Shown piece by piece: positions 41,018 through 52,154 of a DNA stretch of 64,000 bases. Position 1 is the first letter of the stretch; each line of letters starts with the position of its first letter. The notes under the pieces were generated by a model that was not told where the DNA came from, did not search any database, and worked only from the letters and a program-made list of their open reading frames with translations. The stretch is from Lachnospiraceae bacterium. Lineage in GTDB: Bacteria > Bacillota > Clostridia > Lachnospirales > Lachnospiraceae. Both the position numbers and the translations under genes were made by a program. The DNA lies in contig JAVVUO010000009.1 in assembly GCA_036653135.1 (NCBI GenBank), positions 890-64,889 of the forward strand. The letters run 5' to 3'.

Positions 41018-42400
41018 TTATAATACAATTTTCAATTTATTACAACTGTCAGTTATCACAACCACAAGTTCATTGTCTGTAATAACAGTTACTCTGCCAT
41101 CATCATACTGTTCATCTACCCATGTTTTTACGTCTTTTACCAATGCAGAATTTTTATCTACGCTACGCTCTTTGGGTAAACGGTAATAGGTGTTAATCCA
41201 ATGAGCAATCCCTGCAAGTCCTGAGGTATTGGACACGGATACTAATGCCGGACGGTTTAAAAATTTACCGGTATCAAAAATATTATAAATTTCTTCATTT
41301 TTCAATAACCCATCTGCATGAATTCCAGCTCTTGTTACATTGAAATTCTTGCCGCAGAAAGGTGTTCTGCTAGGTAGGGTATAGTTTAATTCTTTTTCAA
41401 AATACTCCGCCATTTCGGTGATTACCGTAGTATCCATTCCATCTAATGTGCCCTTTAGCTGTGCATATTCAAATACCATGGCCTCTAAGGGAGTATTTCC
41501 CGTACGTTCCCCAATTCCAAATAAGGAGCAGTTCACTCCACTTGCACCATAAAGCCATGCTGTGGTGGAATTATTTACTGCTTTGTAAAAATCATTGTGG
41601 CCATGCCACTCTATCATATCCGACGGAACCCCTGCATGTGTGGTAAGTCCATAAATAATGCCCTGTACACTTCGTGGTATTACAGCTCCTGGAAAATTTA
41701 CTCCATATCCCATGGTATCGCAGGCACGAATTTTCACCGGAATGTGATACTCTTTGCTTAATTTCATCAGTTCTAAGCAAAATGGAATTACAAATCCATA
41801 AATATCAGAACGTGTAATATCTTCTAAATGGCATCTGGGACTGATTCCTGTTTCTAAACATTCTCGAATCACACTTAAATAATGATTCATGGCTTCTCTT
41901 CTTGTCATTTTCATCTTATAAAAAATATGATAATCAGAACAGCTGACTAAAATTCCAGTTTCTCTTAATCCAATATCTTTTACTAATTGAAAATCCTGCT
42001 GACTGGCACGAATCCAACTGGTTACTTCTGGAAATTTGTAACCTCGTTCCATACATTTATATACCGCATCTCTATCCTTTTTACTGTATAAAAAGAATTC
42101 ACTTTGACGAATAATTCCATGTTCGCCACCTAAACGATGTAAATAGTCATAAATAGTTACAATCTGTTCTGTGGTATACGGAGCTCTAGACTGCTGTCCA
42201 TCTCTAAAAGTTGTATCTGTAATCCAAATATCATCCGGCATATTATGGGGTACTATACGGTCATTAAATGCAATTTTTGGGATTTCTTCATAAGGAAATA
42301 AATTTCGAAATACATTTGGTTCTTCTACGTCCACCAATTGATAAAAATGTTCTTCTAACTTCAGCAAATTTGTGTGGTCATTCATTACAACTTCTCTCAT
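41018..42400 (-). CDS. Re-citrate synthase (IPMS/homocitrate synthase fold)
   Basis: DVEEPNVFRNLFPYEEIPKI, ITDTTFRDGQQSRAPY, EFFLYS, HGHND and GIGERTGN resemble the C. kluyveri/Syntrophus Re-citrate synthases as I recall them; icd lies two genes downstream. Confidence 0.85.
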   Translation of the reverse strand: MREVVMNDHTNLLKLEEHFYQLVDVEEPNVFRNLFPYEEIPKIAFNDRIVPHNMPDDIWITDTTFRDGQQSRAPYTTEQIVTIYDYLHRLGGEHGIIRQSEFFLYSKKDRDAVYKCMERGYKFPEVTSWIRASQQDFQLVKDIGLRETGILVSCSDYHIFYKMKMTRREAMNHYLSVIRECLETGISPRCHLEDITRSDIYGFVIPFCLELMKLSKEYHIPVKIRACDTMGYGVNFPGAVIPRSVQGIIYGLTTHAGVPSDMIEWHGHNDFYKAVNNSTTAWLYGASGVNCSLFGIGERTGNTPLEAMVFEYAQLKGTLDGMDTTVITEMAEYFEKELNYTLPSRTPFCGKNFNVTRAGIHADGLLKNEEIYNIFDTGKFLNRPALVSVSNTSGLAGIAHWINTYYRLPKERSVDKNSALVKDVKTWVDEQYDDGRVTVITDNELVVVITDSCNKLKIVL

Positions 42401-42422
42401 AGCTAACACTCCTTTATGTATT

Positions 42423-42461
42423 ATCGTATACAATCTTGTTATCTTTATCATTGTATACAAT
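42423..42461. promoter_or_regulatory. Two GntR-type operators: ATCGTATACAAT (42423-34) and ATTGTATACAAT (42450-61)
   Basis: Same core as the B. subtilis GntR operator TTGTATACAA; a GntR gene is in the operon. Confidence 0.65.
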
Positions 42462-42479
42462 AATACATGTATTTGTCAA
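42450..42479 (-). promoter_or_regulatory. sigA promoter of the citrate synthase operon
   Basis: TTGACA-N18-TACAAT; the -10 overlaps the perfect operator. Confidence 0.6.
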
Positions 42480-44890
42480 GAAAAGTTTTTAAAATATTTC
42501 AGATATAAAATGACTCTTTTTTTCTTTCCCATGAACAGATGATACTTCATTTGTTCATACAGCAAAACCATATCCTGCCATTGGGCTTTTTTTATACTGT
42601 CTTGAGAAAATGTGGCCTGCTGCATTTGTGCTATAAATTCTGTCCAGGAAAGTCCTTGATTAAATGGAAGTTTTTTCTCCAGCCATATGCCATATTCTGT
42701 TTCCTCTAATTCTTTTGGTTTAGCAAGATGTTCTTCTTTTAAAATTCTATAGATTTCACTCCCCAGTGCCAGGATTGCTTTGTTATAATCTAACTGCTCA
42801 AATTGATGTTTCTTAAATTTCAATACATGATTTCTGCGTAATATCAACAACAAAATGATTAGGATACCTAGTAGCAACATAGAAAATACGACAATCCAAA
42901 GTTGTAATATAGGTGTTTTAGGTTTTAGGTTCATGGTGACAGGCTCTTTTGTGTCCAAAGAAGGTGAGTTGTCTGTTTCTATGTGTTGTGATGTGGATTT
43001 ATCTTCTTCTACTTTTTTATCTGCTTCTTCTTGTTGTTCCTTTATCTGTTCTTCTGGGGGAAGTAGTGGTTTCTTTTCATTATTCTCTTTTTTATTCTCT
43101 GTCTGTCCCCTGTTATAGATAGGGGGAGTCATTTCTACAGGGTAAAATCCCAGTTCTTCTTGGAAAACCTCTGTCCACGCATGAGCCTGTTTATCGGTTA
43201 CTACGGCAGTATAGGTTCCCTTTTCATTTTTCTTGAAATCAGTAGATGGTATCAGGTATCCGGATACATACCGTGCTGGTATTCCAAGCATTCTCAATAG
43301 AAGTGTTCCTGTAGTTGCATAATGTACACAATATCCCTTCTTTTGTTCCAATAAAAAATAAGAGGAAAATTCTTTTTCCGGTGGAAGTTTTTGTAAATCA
43401 AGGCTGTAACTGGTATCCTCCCACAATCTGTGCTGTACAAGTGATTCCCATAAGGAATAAGAAGCTTCTTCTTTGACCTGGGGAAAAAGATTCCCATTAG
43501 GGGTGAATAATTGTTCTTCCAATTCTTCTGCTACCAAACGAAGATTTTCCATGTTTTGATTAGGAACCATAGTATCCCGCTGCTTTACATAGTTTTGGTA
43601 AACATCCCATTTAACCTTTTTTTTCAAATTTGCATTTACTATGATATTTAAGGAAGGCTCCATGGAAAATGTTTTTGATAAATCAGATGGTATCGTTGCA
43701 TAACCAGATAATTGATATAACTTCTCTTTTCCAGGCTCAATTCCACCGTCTGCTTCCATAATCATGCCATCCGTCATTGATGTGTAATAGGGAAGTAAGG
43801 TATATCCTGGAATACGTTGATTGAACTCCATTACAATATTCACTGGACTATGATCAAATACATGAAAGCTCTGGTAAGGAAACTGCTGAATCATTTTGGC
43901 ATACTCTTCATTGGAATAACCAACACTTTGGGCTAAATCTGAAAAATCCTGTTTATTGACTGCTTCCCAAGTTCCATTCTCATAAATTTCCCCTACAAAC
44001 CCTTTTACATATACTGTGTCTTTAGGCCGCTCTGACATGGTAATGTGAAATATCTTCTTTCCTGTTTGATTTGGTCTACGGTTGCTTAATGTCATTTGCG
44101 TAAGAGGAAGCTCCGCTGCTAAATTACTAAAATCTAAATGTGCTTCTGCAAATTTCCAAGCTTCATTTTCCATTTTATGTTGTGCATGAATCCAAGTATC
44201 GTGATATTTTAATAAAATTTGTTCGGTAACACCACTATTGGCAAATACCATAAAACATACCAAAACACCTGCCATGATCCCTGTTAAAACACCATGTCCT
44301 TTTTCTATTACCCAGCCTTCCATAAAAAGAATACCTGTCAGCATAAAACAAATACCATAAAAAGAAGGGGCATGTCCCAATAACAGACCTAAGGTCACCA
44401 ACCCAATGGGCAGCAACAATCTTGCTATTTTTTGGCATCTTCCCTTTACTCCATACCAGCAAATTCCCTCTAATAAACCTAAGAAAAATAAAAGTAACAA
44501 AAAAAATGCTGTCTTTTGTTTCATTGTTTTGTCCACATACCACAGCAGCATCTCCATACTATAATAATTATTGATTTTCAAAATCAAGGTATTGGCACAG
44601 TTTTTCCCCCCTGCTATCAAGGATTCTTTCCCTATCCACATCACCGCTGCTGTTCCTACTATGGTTGCTAATCCCATGTACCATGACAAAGATTTTGAAA
44701 AACTGCCCACCAAAAAGATGACAGATACCAATCCGATTACTAGCAGTAGTGGAATACCAAAAAGCTTTACTTCAAGAAGTGTCATGGTACAAAAACCTAT
44801 TCCTAGCATAACCAAATAGAAACAACATACTGTCTGTAATGCTGCGTTTCGTGTGCTACTTTTCCTTTTAGGTATGTTATCTTCATTCAT
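42476..44890 (-). CDS. Membrane transglutaminase-like domain protein
   Basis: Multi-TM N-terminus; GYCVHYAT, GIPARYVSGY, AHAWTEV, EMTP; TAATG coupling to the DUF58 gene. Confidence 0.85.
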   Translation of the reverse strand: MNEDNIPKRKSSTRNAALQTVCCFYLVMLGIGFCTMTLLEVKLFGIPLLLVIGLVSVIFLVGSFSKSLSWYMGLATIVGTAAVMWIGKESLIAGGKNCANTLILKINNYYSMEMLLWYVDKTMKQKTAFFLLLLFFLGLLEGICWYGVKGRCQKIARLLLPIGLVTLGLLLGHAPSFYGICFMLTGILFMEGWVIEKGHGVLTGIMAGVLVCFMVFANSGVTEQILLKYHDTWIHAQHKMENEAWKFAEAHLDFSNLAAELPLTQMTLSNRRPNQTGKKIFHITMSERPKDTVYVKGFVGEIYENGTWEAVNKQDFSDLAQSVGYSNEEYAKMIQQFPYQSFHVFDHSPVNIVMEFNQRIPGYTLLPYYTSMTDGMIMEADGGIEPGKEKLYQLSGYATIPSDLSKTFSMEPSLNIIVNANLKKKVKWDVYQNYVKQRDTMVPNQNMENLRLVAEELEEQLFTPNGNLFPQVKEEASYSLWESLVQHRLWEDTSYSLDLQKLPPEKEFSSYFLLEQKKGYCVHYATTGTLLLRMLGIPARYVSGYLIPSTDFKKNEKGTYTAVVTDKQAHAWTEVFQEELGFYPVEMTPPIYNRGQTENKKENNEKKPLLPPEEQIKEQQEEADKKVEEDKSTSQHIETDNSPSLDTKEPVTMNLKPKTPILQLWIVVFSMLLLGILIILLLILRRNHVLKFKKHQFEQLDYNKAILALGSEIYRILKEEHLAKPKELEETEYGIWLEKKLPFNQGLSWTEFIAQMQQATFSQDSIKKAQWQDMVLLYEQMKYHLFMGKKKRVILYLKYFKNFS

Positions 44891-45981
44891 TACAAAATCA
44901 GCTCCAGTTCCAATAATTGTTCTTTGATTGGCTGCTCCTTGATGCAAGTTACAACAACTCCATTACATAATAATTCCAATTTTTCATTCAGCTCTATCCA
45001 AGACGCATAGGTATCTCCTTTGAATTCATTGATATATTCTATTTTCCCATTACACTTTCCCAAAGAATAAGATATGATCTCATACCAAAATTCATGAAAA
45101 ACTTCTTCATTGAAAATTTTTTTACGTAACAGCCTTTTGTTCTTTTGATCAAACCACACAAAAAAATGGGAACATTCCTGCTGCAAAATTTCATTTGAAA
45201 TAGAGGATACGAGTTCCCAATAGCTTTTCCATTGTTCCGTGGTAAGCTCTTTGCTTTCCACATTTAAAAAAAATACAATATTACAGCCAATGGGCAGACT
45301 CATTTCTTTCACCATTAAAATATCATTTTTCGCAGACAATTTCCAATGTACTTTATTAAATCCATCTCCCATCTGATATTCCCGTAATTTAAAAATTTCC
45401 GTAGGGTCATCTCCATTCATCTGAGGATGATATTGTTCTCCATCTGATAAAAACAATCTGGTACGAATTCCAATTTTAACTGTAGTTTCATAACAGGTAG
45501 GAAAAATCATAAACTGTCTAGTTTCATTCCATTTTTTTTTCAAGGAAAACCAACCCATCCATTCATAGAACCATATATATTTTCCGGTTATCTTCCACAA
45601 TCCAAACTCTAATTCTTCTGTTTCTATCTTCCACACGGTTTTTGGTAAAGGAAGAATGCTGCCCACTATTTTTTTCTTATATTTTTTCCCAGTTCCTACA
45701 TTTTCAAGGAGAAATCCTATCTTTACTTTAGCAATGGGAATTCTTTGCTTTTGTGTGATTTGTATCACAATTTGATTCTTATTTTGCTGCACTTCCAAGG
45801 AGCCTTGTAGCTTCAGGTGAATCTGTGATTTTCTCGTATTCCATCCTAGCAGATATAAGAAAAAAGACGGTAATAAAAATCCCACACCGCCTAATACCAC
45901 TAATCCTCGGCTATTATAAATGATTGCAAGATAGCCAATCAATAGTAACCCAAGTATATAACTGAATTTTTTTATCATCAT
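44890..45981 (-). CDS. DUF58 domain protein
   Basis: EIFKLREYQMGDGFNKVHWKLSAK. Confidence 0.85.
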   Translation of the reverse strand: MMIKKFSYILGLLLIGYLAIIYNSRGLVVLGGVGFLLPSFFLYLLGWNTRKSQIHLKLQGSLEVQQNKNQIVIQITQKQRIPIAKVKIGFLLENVGTGKKYKKKIVGSILPLPKTVWKIETEELEFGLWKITGKYIWFYEWMGWFSLKKKWNETRQFMIFPTCYETTVKIGIRTRLFLSDGEQYHPQMNGDDPTEIFKLREYQMGDGFNKVHWKLSAKNDILMVKEMSLPIGCNIVFFLNVESKELTTEQWKSYWELVSSISNEILQQECSHFFVWFDQKNKRLLRKKIFNEEVFHEFWYEIISYSLGKCNGKIEYINEFKGDTYASWIELNEKLELLCNGVVVTCIKEQPIKEQLLELELIL

Positions 45982-45984
45982 TTG

Positions 45985-46932
45985 TTACCCTACTGCCTTT
46001 GGTGCTTCTATTTCTTTTAAAAGTTCTGTTAATATTTCGTTTGCATCCTTATGCGCTCCTCTTGCTTTAGCATTTAGTATAATGCGATGAGCACATACCG
46101 GAAGAAATGCATCTTGAACATCTTTTGGAATTACAAATCTGCGCTGTCGCAAAAAACTCAACGCTTTCGTCATCTGAAGCAAGTTCCTAGTTCCCCTTGG
46201 ACTGATACCAAGTTCTATCATTTCATGGGTTCTAGTTGCTGCTGCTAATACACCCATATACTGATAAATGCAGTCATTTACATATACTTCATTTACCATT
46301 TGCTGCATTTCCAGCAATGAGGTTTGAGAAATCACGGGCAGAACCTCTTTTTCTTGCTGAGTTCCTTTTAAAATAGCAATCTCATCCTCCATACTTGGAT
46401 ACCCCATGCTCAAGCAAATCATAAAACGATCAATTTGAGCTTCTGGAAGCATCCAGGTTCCAGCACTTCCTATGGGGTTTTGTGTTGCAATTACAATAAA
46501 TGGATTCGGTACTTCATGGGTCACACCGTCTATGGTTACTTTTCGTTCCTGCATTACCTCTAACAATGCAGATTGTGTTTTCGGTGACGTTCGATTAATC
46601 TCATCTGCAAGAAATAAATTGCACATTACACTACCCGGTTGATAGCGAAAAGTTTGAGTTTCTTTTTGATACATGGAAAATCCAGTAAGGTCAGAAGGCA
46701 GAATATCCGGTGTAAATTGTACTCTGTTTTCCTTTAAGGACATGGATTTAGATAATGCGATGGCAAGTGTAGTCTTACCTACTCCTGGAATATCATTTAA
46801 TAAAATATGCCCACCAGCTAAAATAGCGGCTACTGCTTTTACAATGCAGTCGTCTTTTCCTATTACCGCTTTTTTTATTTCATTGATTACCTCAAATGCC
46901 GGCAGCTGCTGCGTTCCAATTACTTCTTTCAT
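45985..46932 (-). CDS. MoxR-family AAA+ ATPase
   Basis: PGVGKTT, RVQFTPDILPSD, ADEINRTSPKTQSALLE, ATQNP, QIDRF, SPRG. Confidence 0.93.
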   Translation of the reverse strand: MKEVIGTQQLPAFEVINEIKKAVIGKDDCIVKAVAAILAGGHILLNDIPGVGKTTLAIALSKSMSLKENRVQFTPDILPSDLTGFSMYQKETQTFRYQPGSVMCNLFLADEINRTSPKTQSALLEVMQERKVTIDGVTHEVPNPFIVIATQNPIGSAGTWMLPEAQIDRFMICLSMGYPSMEDEIAILKGTQQEKEVLPVISQTSLLEMQQMVNEVYVNDCIYQYMGVLAAATRTHEMIELGISPRGTRNLLQMTKALSFLRQRRFVIPKDVQDAFLPVCAHRIILNAKARGAHKDANEILTELLKEIEAPKAVG

Positions 46933-46992
46933 TGTGAAACCTTTCTTTTTTATTTCTATATAGAAACAATTCTTCTATCAATTTATTTAAGG

Positions 46993-47622
46993 CTACATCT
47001 TAGTTCCACTTTGTTTCATCTTCTTAATTACTTTCAAACGGGTAAATTCTTCTCGTTCTTTCTCCTCTAAGGAGCTTTGAATACTTTTTGTTAAAATTTG
47101 GTATCTAGGAATGGTAATATTTTGCAACGCATTGGCACGTTTTTGTGTTTTTTTTATGTTATACGCCAAACGATACGCGCTTGTTTCTACCTGTGCAAGA
47201 CGAATGGTCAATTCTTTCACTTTGTGAAAACGTTCACATGCCTGATCCAATGACATTTTTGTACCATAAAAAGGATAATTTGGTTTTAAATCCATAATTT
47301 CATACTCTACTTTTGGAATTTCTGTTCCCATTACACTTCGTCTTTTAATTGTAATGGTATCCTCCACTGGCATCCCAAGGCTCAATGCTTCTACCTCATG
47401 AATTCCCATCTGAATATTGGCTTTTTGCAGTGCCTGATACGCACTTGTAAAAGTAGTATCAATTTCCTTTTGAATATCCTTAGCCTCACCAATGAGTTCC
47501 ATAAGTTCCCGAATTAAAATATTACGTTTTTTATCCATTAATTCATATCCCTGTCTTGCTAAAGCCAGAGAGTTCTTTGCCAGTATTAAATTTCCCTTGG
47601 TGGGAAATGTGGTTGGATCCAT
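46993..47622 (-). CDS. V/A-type ATP synthase subunit D
   Basis: PTKGNL, GYELMDKKRNIL, KTQKRANAL, EREEFTRLK. Confidence 0.93.
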   Translation of the reverse strand: MDPTTFPTKGNLILAKNSLALARQGYELMDKKRNILIRELMELIGEAKDIQKEIDTTFTSAYQALQKANIQMGIHEVEALSLGMPVEDTITIKRRSVMGTEIPKVEYEIMDLKPNYPFYGTKMSLDQACERFHKVKELTIRLAQVETSAYRLAYNIKKTQKRANALQNITIPRYQILTKSIQSSLEEKEREEFTRLKVIKKMKQSGTKM

Positions 47623-47634
47623 AGTATCACCTAC

Positions 47635-49008
47635 TTACTTGTCAAAATATTTTGTCAAAATCTTAGTATCAATTCGATCTAATTCTTCCTTTGGTAAGAT
47701 ATGCAGCAGTTTCCATCCAATGTTCAGTGTTTCTTCGATGGAGCGATTTTGGTTTGTTCCTTGCGCTACAAACTCCTGTTCAAAAGCAATTCCAAACTGC
47801 AAATATTTTTTATCCGTTTCAGAAAGTTCATCTTCTCCAATTACACTTGCCAAATCTCTAGCTTCTCCTACTCTTGCATAAGAAGAAAACAGCTGGTTGG
47901 ATACATCTTGATGATCTTCTCTTGTATACTGTGCACCAATTCCATCCTTCATCAAACGGGATAAGGAAGGAAGTACATTGATGGGAGGATACACATTCTT
48001 CTGGTGCAGTGCACGCTCTAATACAATCTGTCCCTCTGTAATATATCCAGTTAAATCCGGAATAGGGTGAGTAATATCATCATTTGGCATGGTCAAAATC
48101 GGAATTTGTGTAACACTGCCTTTTTTCCCCTTTACAATTCCGGCACGTTCATATATGGTAGCCAGTTCACTGTACAGATATCCCGGATATCCTTTACGGC
48201 TTGGAATCTCACCTTTTAAGGAAGATACCTCACGCATAGCTTCTGCATAAGAAGTCATATCTGTTAAAATAACTAAAATATGCATATCTTTCTCAAATGC
48301 CAGATATTCCGCTGCTGCTAATGCCACTTTAGGTGTAATCAAACGCTCTACCACTGGGTCATTGGATAAATTTAAAAACATGGTTACATGATTGCTTGCT
48401 CCACTTTCTTCAAATCTTCTGCGAAAGAATTCTGCTACATCATATTTTACACCCATTGCAGCAAATACCACACCAAATTTTTCTCCAGACTCTTCCCCTA
48501 AGGTGGCCTGTTCTACAATCTGTGCTGCAAGTTGATCATGTGGCAGTCCATTGCCAGAAAAAATAGGCAGTTTCTGTCCACGAATCAATGTGGTTAATCC
48601 ATCAATAGCAGAAATTCCCGTTCGAATATAGTTTCTAGGATACTCTCTGGTACAAGGATTTAAAGGAAGACCATTAACATCTAAAACAACTTCTGGCTTA
48701 ATTGCACCAAGACCATCAATGGGTTCTCCTAGTCCATTAAATGTTCTTCCTAAAATATGTTCCGATAACCCAATTTCCATGGGATGACCACTTAATCTAG
48801 TATGTGTATTTTTCAATGACATTTCATCGGTACTGTCAAATACCTGAATTACCGCCCGTTCTTCATCAAGGGCTACAATTCTTCCTCTTTTTGTCTTATT
48901 TCCTTCTATTACAAATTCTACCATTTCTTCGTAGAAAGCGCCCTGAACTCCCTCTAGGACAATGAGAGGACCGTTGATTTCACTTAACCCTAAATATTCA
49001 ATTGACAT
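47635..49008 (-). CDS. V/A-type ATP synthase subunit B
   Basis: [50 protein letters not shown]. Confidence 0.96.
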   Translation of the reverse strand: MSIEYLGLSEINGPLIVLEGVQGAFYEEMVEFVIEGNKTKRGRIVALDEERAVIQVFDSTDEMSLKNTHTRLSGHPMEIGLSEHILGRTFNGLGEPIDGLGAIKPEVVLDVNGLPLNPCTREYPRNYIRTGISAIDGLTTLIRGQKLPIFSGNGLPHDQLAAQIVEQATLGEESGEKFGVVFAAMGVKYDVAEFFRRRFEESGASNHVTMFLNLSNDPVVERLITPKVALAAAEYLAFEKDMHILVILTDMTSYAEAMREVSSLKGEIPSRKGYPGYLYSELATIYERAGIVKGKKGSVTQIPILTMPNDDITHPIPDLTGYITEGQIVLERALHQKNVYPPINVLPSLSRLMKDGIGAQYTREDHQDVSNQLFSSYARVGEARDLASVIGEDELSETDKKYLQFGIAFEQEFVAQGTNQNRSIEETLNIGWKLLHILPKEELDRIDTKILTKYFDK

Positions 49009-49019
49009 CTTGCTTCCTC

Positions 49020-50789
49020 CTATGCATTTGTTTCTACCAGTTCCTGGAAAAATTCATCAATCATTTTCTTATATTCCACAAACTTATATAATTCCTGATT
49101 TCCAACATCATATTTTATGGAAATAATCTTTTCGAAAATACGGTTTTCCCGCAACATTGCCATAGGCATTCCCATTCCTATTAGCACTTTACATTTTTCA
49201 TAAAGATACAAAATAGTTTCCATCATCTTAAGCTGCTTGGACATAGGTACAAATGTATCTTCTGCATGAAATGCATTCTGTTGTAAAAAGCCAAGACGAA
49301 TCACTCTTGCAATTTCTAATACCAGCTTTTGGTCATCAGGCAACACATCGCTTCCTATAAGTTTTACAATTTCATTTAAGCGACTTTCTGTGGTAAGAAT
49401 ATTTAATAATTCATTCCTGTATGGGATAAACTCTCTCCCTACATGTTCCATATACCAAGGCGTTAAATCTACTAAATATTCGGTATAGCTATTCAGCCAA
49501 TTAATGGCAGGGTAATGTCTAGCATATGCAAGAGATTTGTCTAGAGCAAGAAAACATCTTACAAACCGCTTGGTATTTTGGGTGACAGGCTCTGAAAAAT
49601 CACCCCCCTGCGGAGAAACAGCCCCTATAATGGTAACACTTCCTTCGGTATGATTGAGGTTTTCCACATATCCTGCACGTTCATAAAAAGCCGATAACCT
49701 AGATGCCAAATATGCAGGAAATCCTTCTTCCGCAGGCATTTCTTCTAATCGACCAGATAATTCACGTAAAGCTTCTGCCCAACGGGAAGTGGAATCTGCC
49801 ATAATTGCCACATGATATCCCATATCACGATAATATTCTGCTAAGGTAAGTCCGGTATAGATACTTGCTTCTCGGGCTGCTACAGGCATATTGGAGGTAT
49901 TGGCAATCAACGTGGTTCGATCCATAAGCAAATTTCCAGTTTTGGGATCCGTTAACTGTGAAAATTCTTCTAATACATTGGTCATTTCATTTCCACGTTC
50001 ACCACATCCAATATATACAATAATATCTGCATCTGACCACTTGGCAAGCTGATGCTGTGTCATAGTCTTGCCGGTTCCAAAACCTCCTGGAATTGCTGCG
50101 GTTCCGCCCTTTGCAATGGGAAACAAGGTATCCAATATACGCTGTCCAGTAACCAAAGGGCGACTGGCTGGATAACGTTTACTAATGGGGCGGGGGATTC
50201 TAATTGGCCATTGCTGAGTCATGGTAAGACTTTGCACTCTGCCATCTTTTTTTTCAATAAAAACCAGTGGTTCTTCTATGGTATAACTGCCATTTTCTAC
50301 GGTTTTAATTACGGTTCCTTCTGTATCCGGAGGAACCATTACTTTATGAAGGATTGCCGGCGTCTCCGGAACTTCTGCAATGATACATCCTCCTTGTATT
50401 TCATCTCCTGGTTTTACTAAAATCTTTGTTTCCCACTTTTTATCCCGATCTAGAACGTCCACGTTAACACCCCTTGGAATATAAGCACCATTGAGTTCTC
50501 CAATTAATTGTAAGGGACGTTCAATTCCATCAAAAATATTGGTGATAATTCCCGGTGCCAGTGTTACAGAAATAGCCTTTCCGGCTCCTTCTACCACTTC
50601 TCCTGGATATAATCCAGTAGTTTCTTCAAACACTTGTATGGTAGTCTGATTTTTAGTTAATGCAATTACTTCTCCAATCAGGCGTTGTGTTCCTACATAG
50701 ACCATCTCAGACATTTTAAATCCCAAATTTCCTTTTAATGTTACAATGGGACCATTAATTCCATATATTTTTCCTATTACTGCGTTCAT
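49020..50789 (-). CDS. V/A-type ATP synthase subunit A
   Basis: [46 protein letters not shown]. Confidence 0.97.
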   Translation of the reverse strand: MNAVIGKIYGINGPIVTLKGNLGFKMSEMVYVGTQRLIGEVIALTKNQTTIQVFEETTGLYPGEVVEGAGKAISVTLAPGIITNIFDGIERPLQLIGELNGAYIPRGVNVDVLDRDKKWETKILVKPGDEIQGGCIIAEVPETPAILHKVMVPPDTEGTVIKTVENGSYTIEEPLVFIEKKDGRVQSLTMTQQWPIRIPRPISKRYPASRPLVTGQRILDTLFPIAKGGTAAIPGGFGTGKTMTQHQLAKWSDADIIVYIGCGERGNEMTNVLEEFSQLTDPKTGNLLMDRTTLIANTSNMPVAAREASIYTGLTLAEYYRDMGYHVAIMADSTSRWAEALRELSGRLEEMPAEEGFPAYLASRLSAFYERAGYVENLNHTEGSVTIIGAVSPQGGDFSEPVTQNTKRFVRCFLALDKSLAYARHYPAINWLNSYTEYLVDLTPWYMEHVGREFIPYRNELLNILTTESRLNEIVKLIGSDVLPDDQKLVLEIARVIRLGFLQQNAFHAEDTFVPMSKQLKMMETILYLYEKCKVLIGMGMPMAMLRENRIFEKIISIKYDVGNQELYKFVEYKKMIDEFFQELVETNA

Positions 50790-50806
50790 AAGTAGGTCTC
50801 CTCCTG

Positions 50807-51373
50807 CTAAAATGTATATGCATTCCGTTCCTCTTTTATTTTGGTCACAAAGGACTCATCCATTAAGATGTTCTTAGAACGAATCACTGCGCGGATTCCA
50901 CCGCCAAACTCTACTTCACTTACGGTAAGTACTGTTTGCGTTTTTTCCTCTAATAATTCTTTTTTAGAACAATCCTCACGATTCAAATAAATAATAAGCT
51001 CCTCACCGTTGGCGAGTTCCTTTGCCTTGTTGATTTTTTCAATTAAATAATAGGTATATTCCTCTGTTTTTTTATATGCTTCCAGCAATTCCTCTACCCG
51101 TTGAAACAATGTTTGCTTTTTATCTTGCTGGCAATCATCCAATGCATGCTTTTGTCTGGTGATTTCCTGAGAAATTCGACGATTCACTTCACGTTTAATA
51201 CGTGTTTCCTCTATCTGAAATAAGTTGTCCATTTCCTCCTGCTTATTTTTACGAAACACTTCCAGATTTTCTCTCCCAGCGGTTTCGTAATCTTCCATCA
51301 ACGCCCTTCGCTCTGTTTTTGCTACCTGAACCGTGGACTGATAGAATACCTCCAGTTTATCCTTTATCTGCAT
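50807..51373 (-). CDS. V/A-type ATP synthase subunit E
   Basis: Coiled-coil N-terminus, FGGGIRA, operon position; ATG 51373 after AAGGAG. Confidence 0.8.
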   Translation of the reverse strand: MQIKDKLEVFYQSTVQVAKTERRALMEDYETAGRENLEVFRKNKQEEMDNLFQIEETRIKREVNRRISQEITRQKHALDDCQQDKKQTLFQRVEELLEAYKKTEEYTYYLIEKINKAKELANGEELIIYLNREDCSKKELLEEKTQTVLTVSEVEFGGGIRAVIRSKNILMDESFVTKIKEERNAYTF

Positions 51374-51393
51374 TTTCTTCTCCTTCACTCATG

Positions 51394-51702
51394 TTAAAGC
51401 TTTAATCCTATCGCTTCATTCACATAATTCGTAATAAAATTCTCATTTCGGCCAGTTCCATGCCGATCCGGGATTTCTACCAAAAGAGGCAGTCTATGGT
51501 TTGCCCTTACTTCATCTATTAAATCTGGAAAGTCACGTCCAAATTTTTCAGTTAATAAAATAATACCAATGTCTTTCTCTTTTAAAATTGTGTCCAATGC
51601 TTCTTTTAATTCTTCCCGTTCGTGTACCACTACTCCTTCTACGCCTGCTAAGCGCATTCCGGTATAGGTATCTCTATTATCACTAATCAGATACATTTTC
51701 AC
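51394..51702 (-). CDS. V/A-type ATP synthase subunit F
   Basis: DTYTGMRLAGVEG, IGIILLTE, LVEIP. Confidence 0.9.
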   Translation of the reverse strand: MKMYLISDNRDTYTGMRLAGVEGVVVHEREELKEALDTILKEKDIGIILLTEKFGRDFPDLIDEVRANHRLPLLVEIPDRHGTGRNENFITNYVNEAIGLKL

Positions 51703-51719
51703 TTAAATGCCCCCTTGTA

Positions 51720-52142
51720 TTATCCTAAAATGGAAAAGGAAATTAGTAAACCATAGAGTGCGATGGACTCTGCTAATGCTACGAAAATCAATGCTTTACC
51801 CATAATGCTGGAATCTTCACTTAATGCACCCAGTGCTGCACTTGCTGCACTGGCTACTGCAATACCAGCACCAATACAAGAAAGTCCCGTAGACAATGCT
51901 GCTGCCATGTATCTCCAGCCATCTACATTTGCGGATACTTCCCCAACCACTTCTTCGGCCGCTTGTACATTGCCGCTAAACAATAAGATATCTGCCACTG
52001 CTATTGTCCCGAAAAAGAAAAACAAATTACTTACTAAAGCTGCTTTAAATCCACCTTTTTTCTTCTTGCTCAGTAAAAATCCTCCCACCGGAATTATCAT
52101 ACTGCAAAGTAAAATTGCTACTAAAATAATTTTGATTGTCAT
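51720..52142 (-). CDS. V/A-type ATP synthase subunit c/K
   Basis: GLSCIGAGIAVA...LIFVALAESIALYG hairpin with the ion-binding Glu. Confidence 0.9.
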   Translation of the reverse strand: MTIKIILVAILLCSMIIPVGGFLLSKKKKGGFKAALVSNLFFFFGTIAVADILLFSGNVQAAEEVVGEVSANVDGWRYMAAALSTGLSCIGAGIAVASAASAALGALSEDSSIMGKALIFVALAESIALYGLLISFSILG

Positions 52143-52154
52143 TGTTGTATCCTC

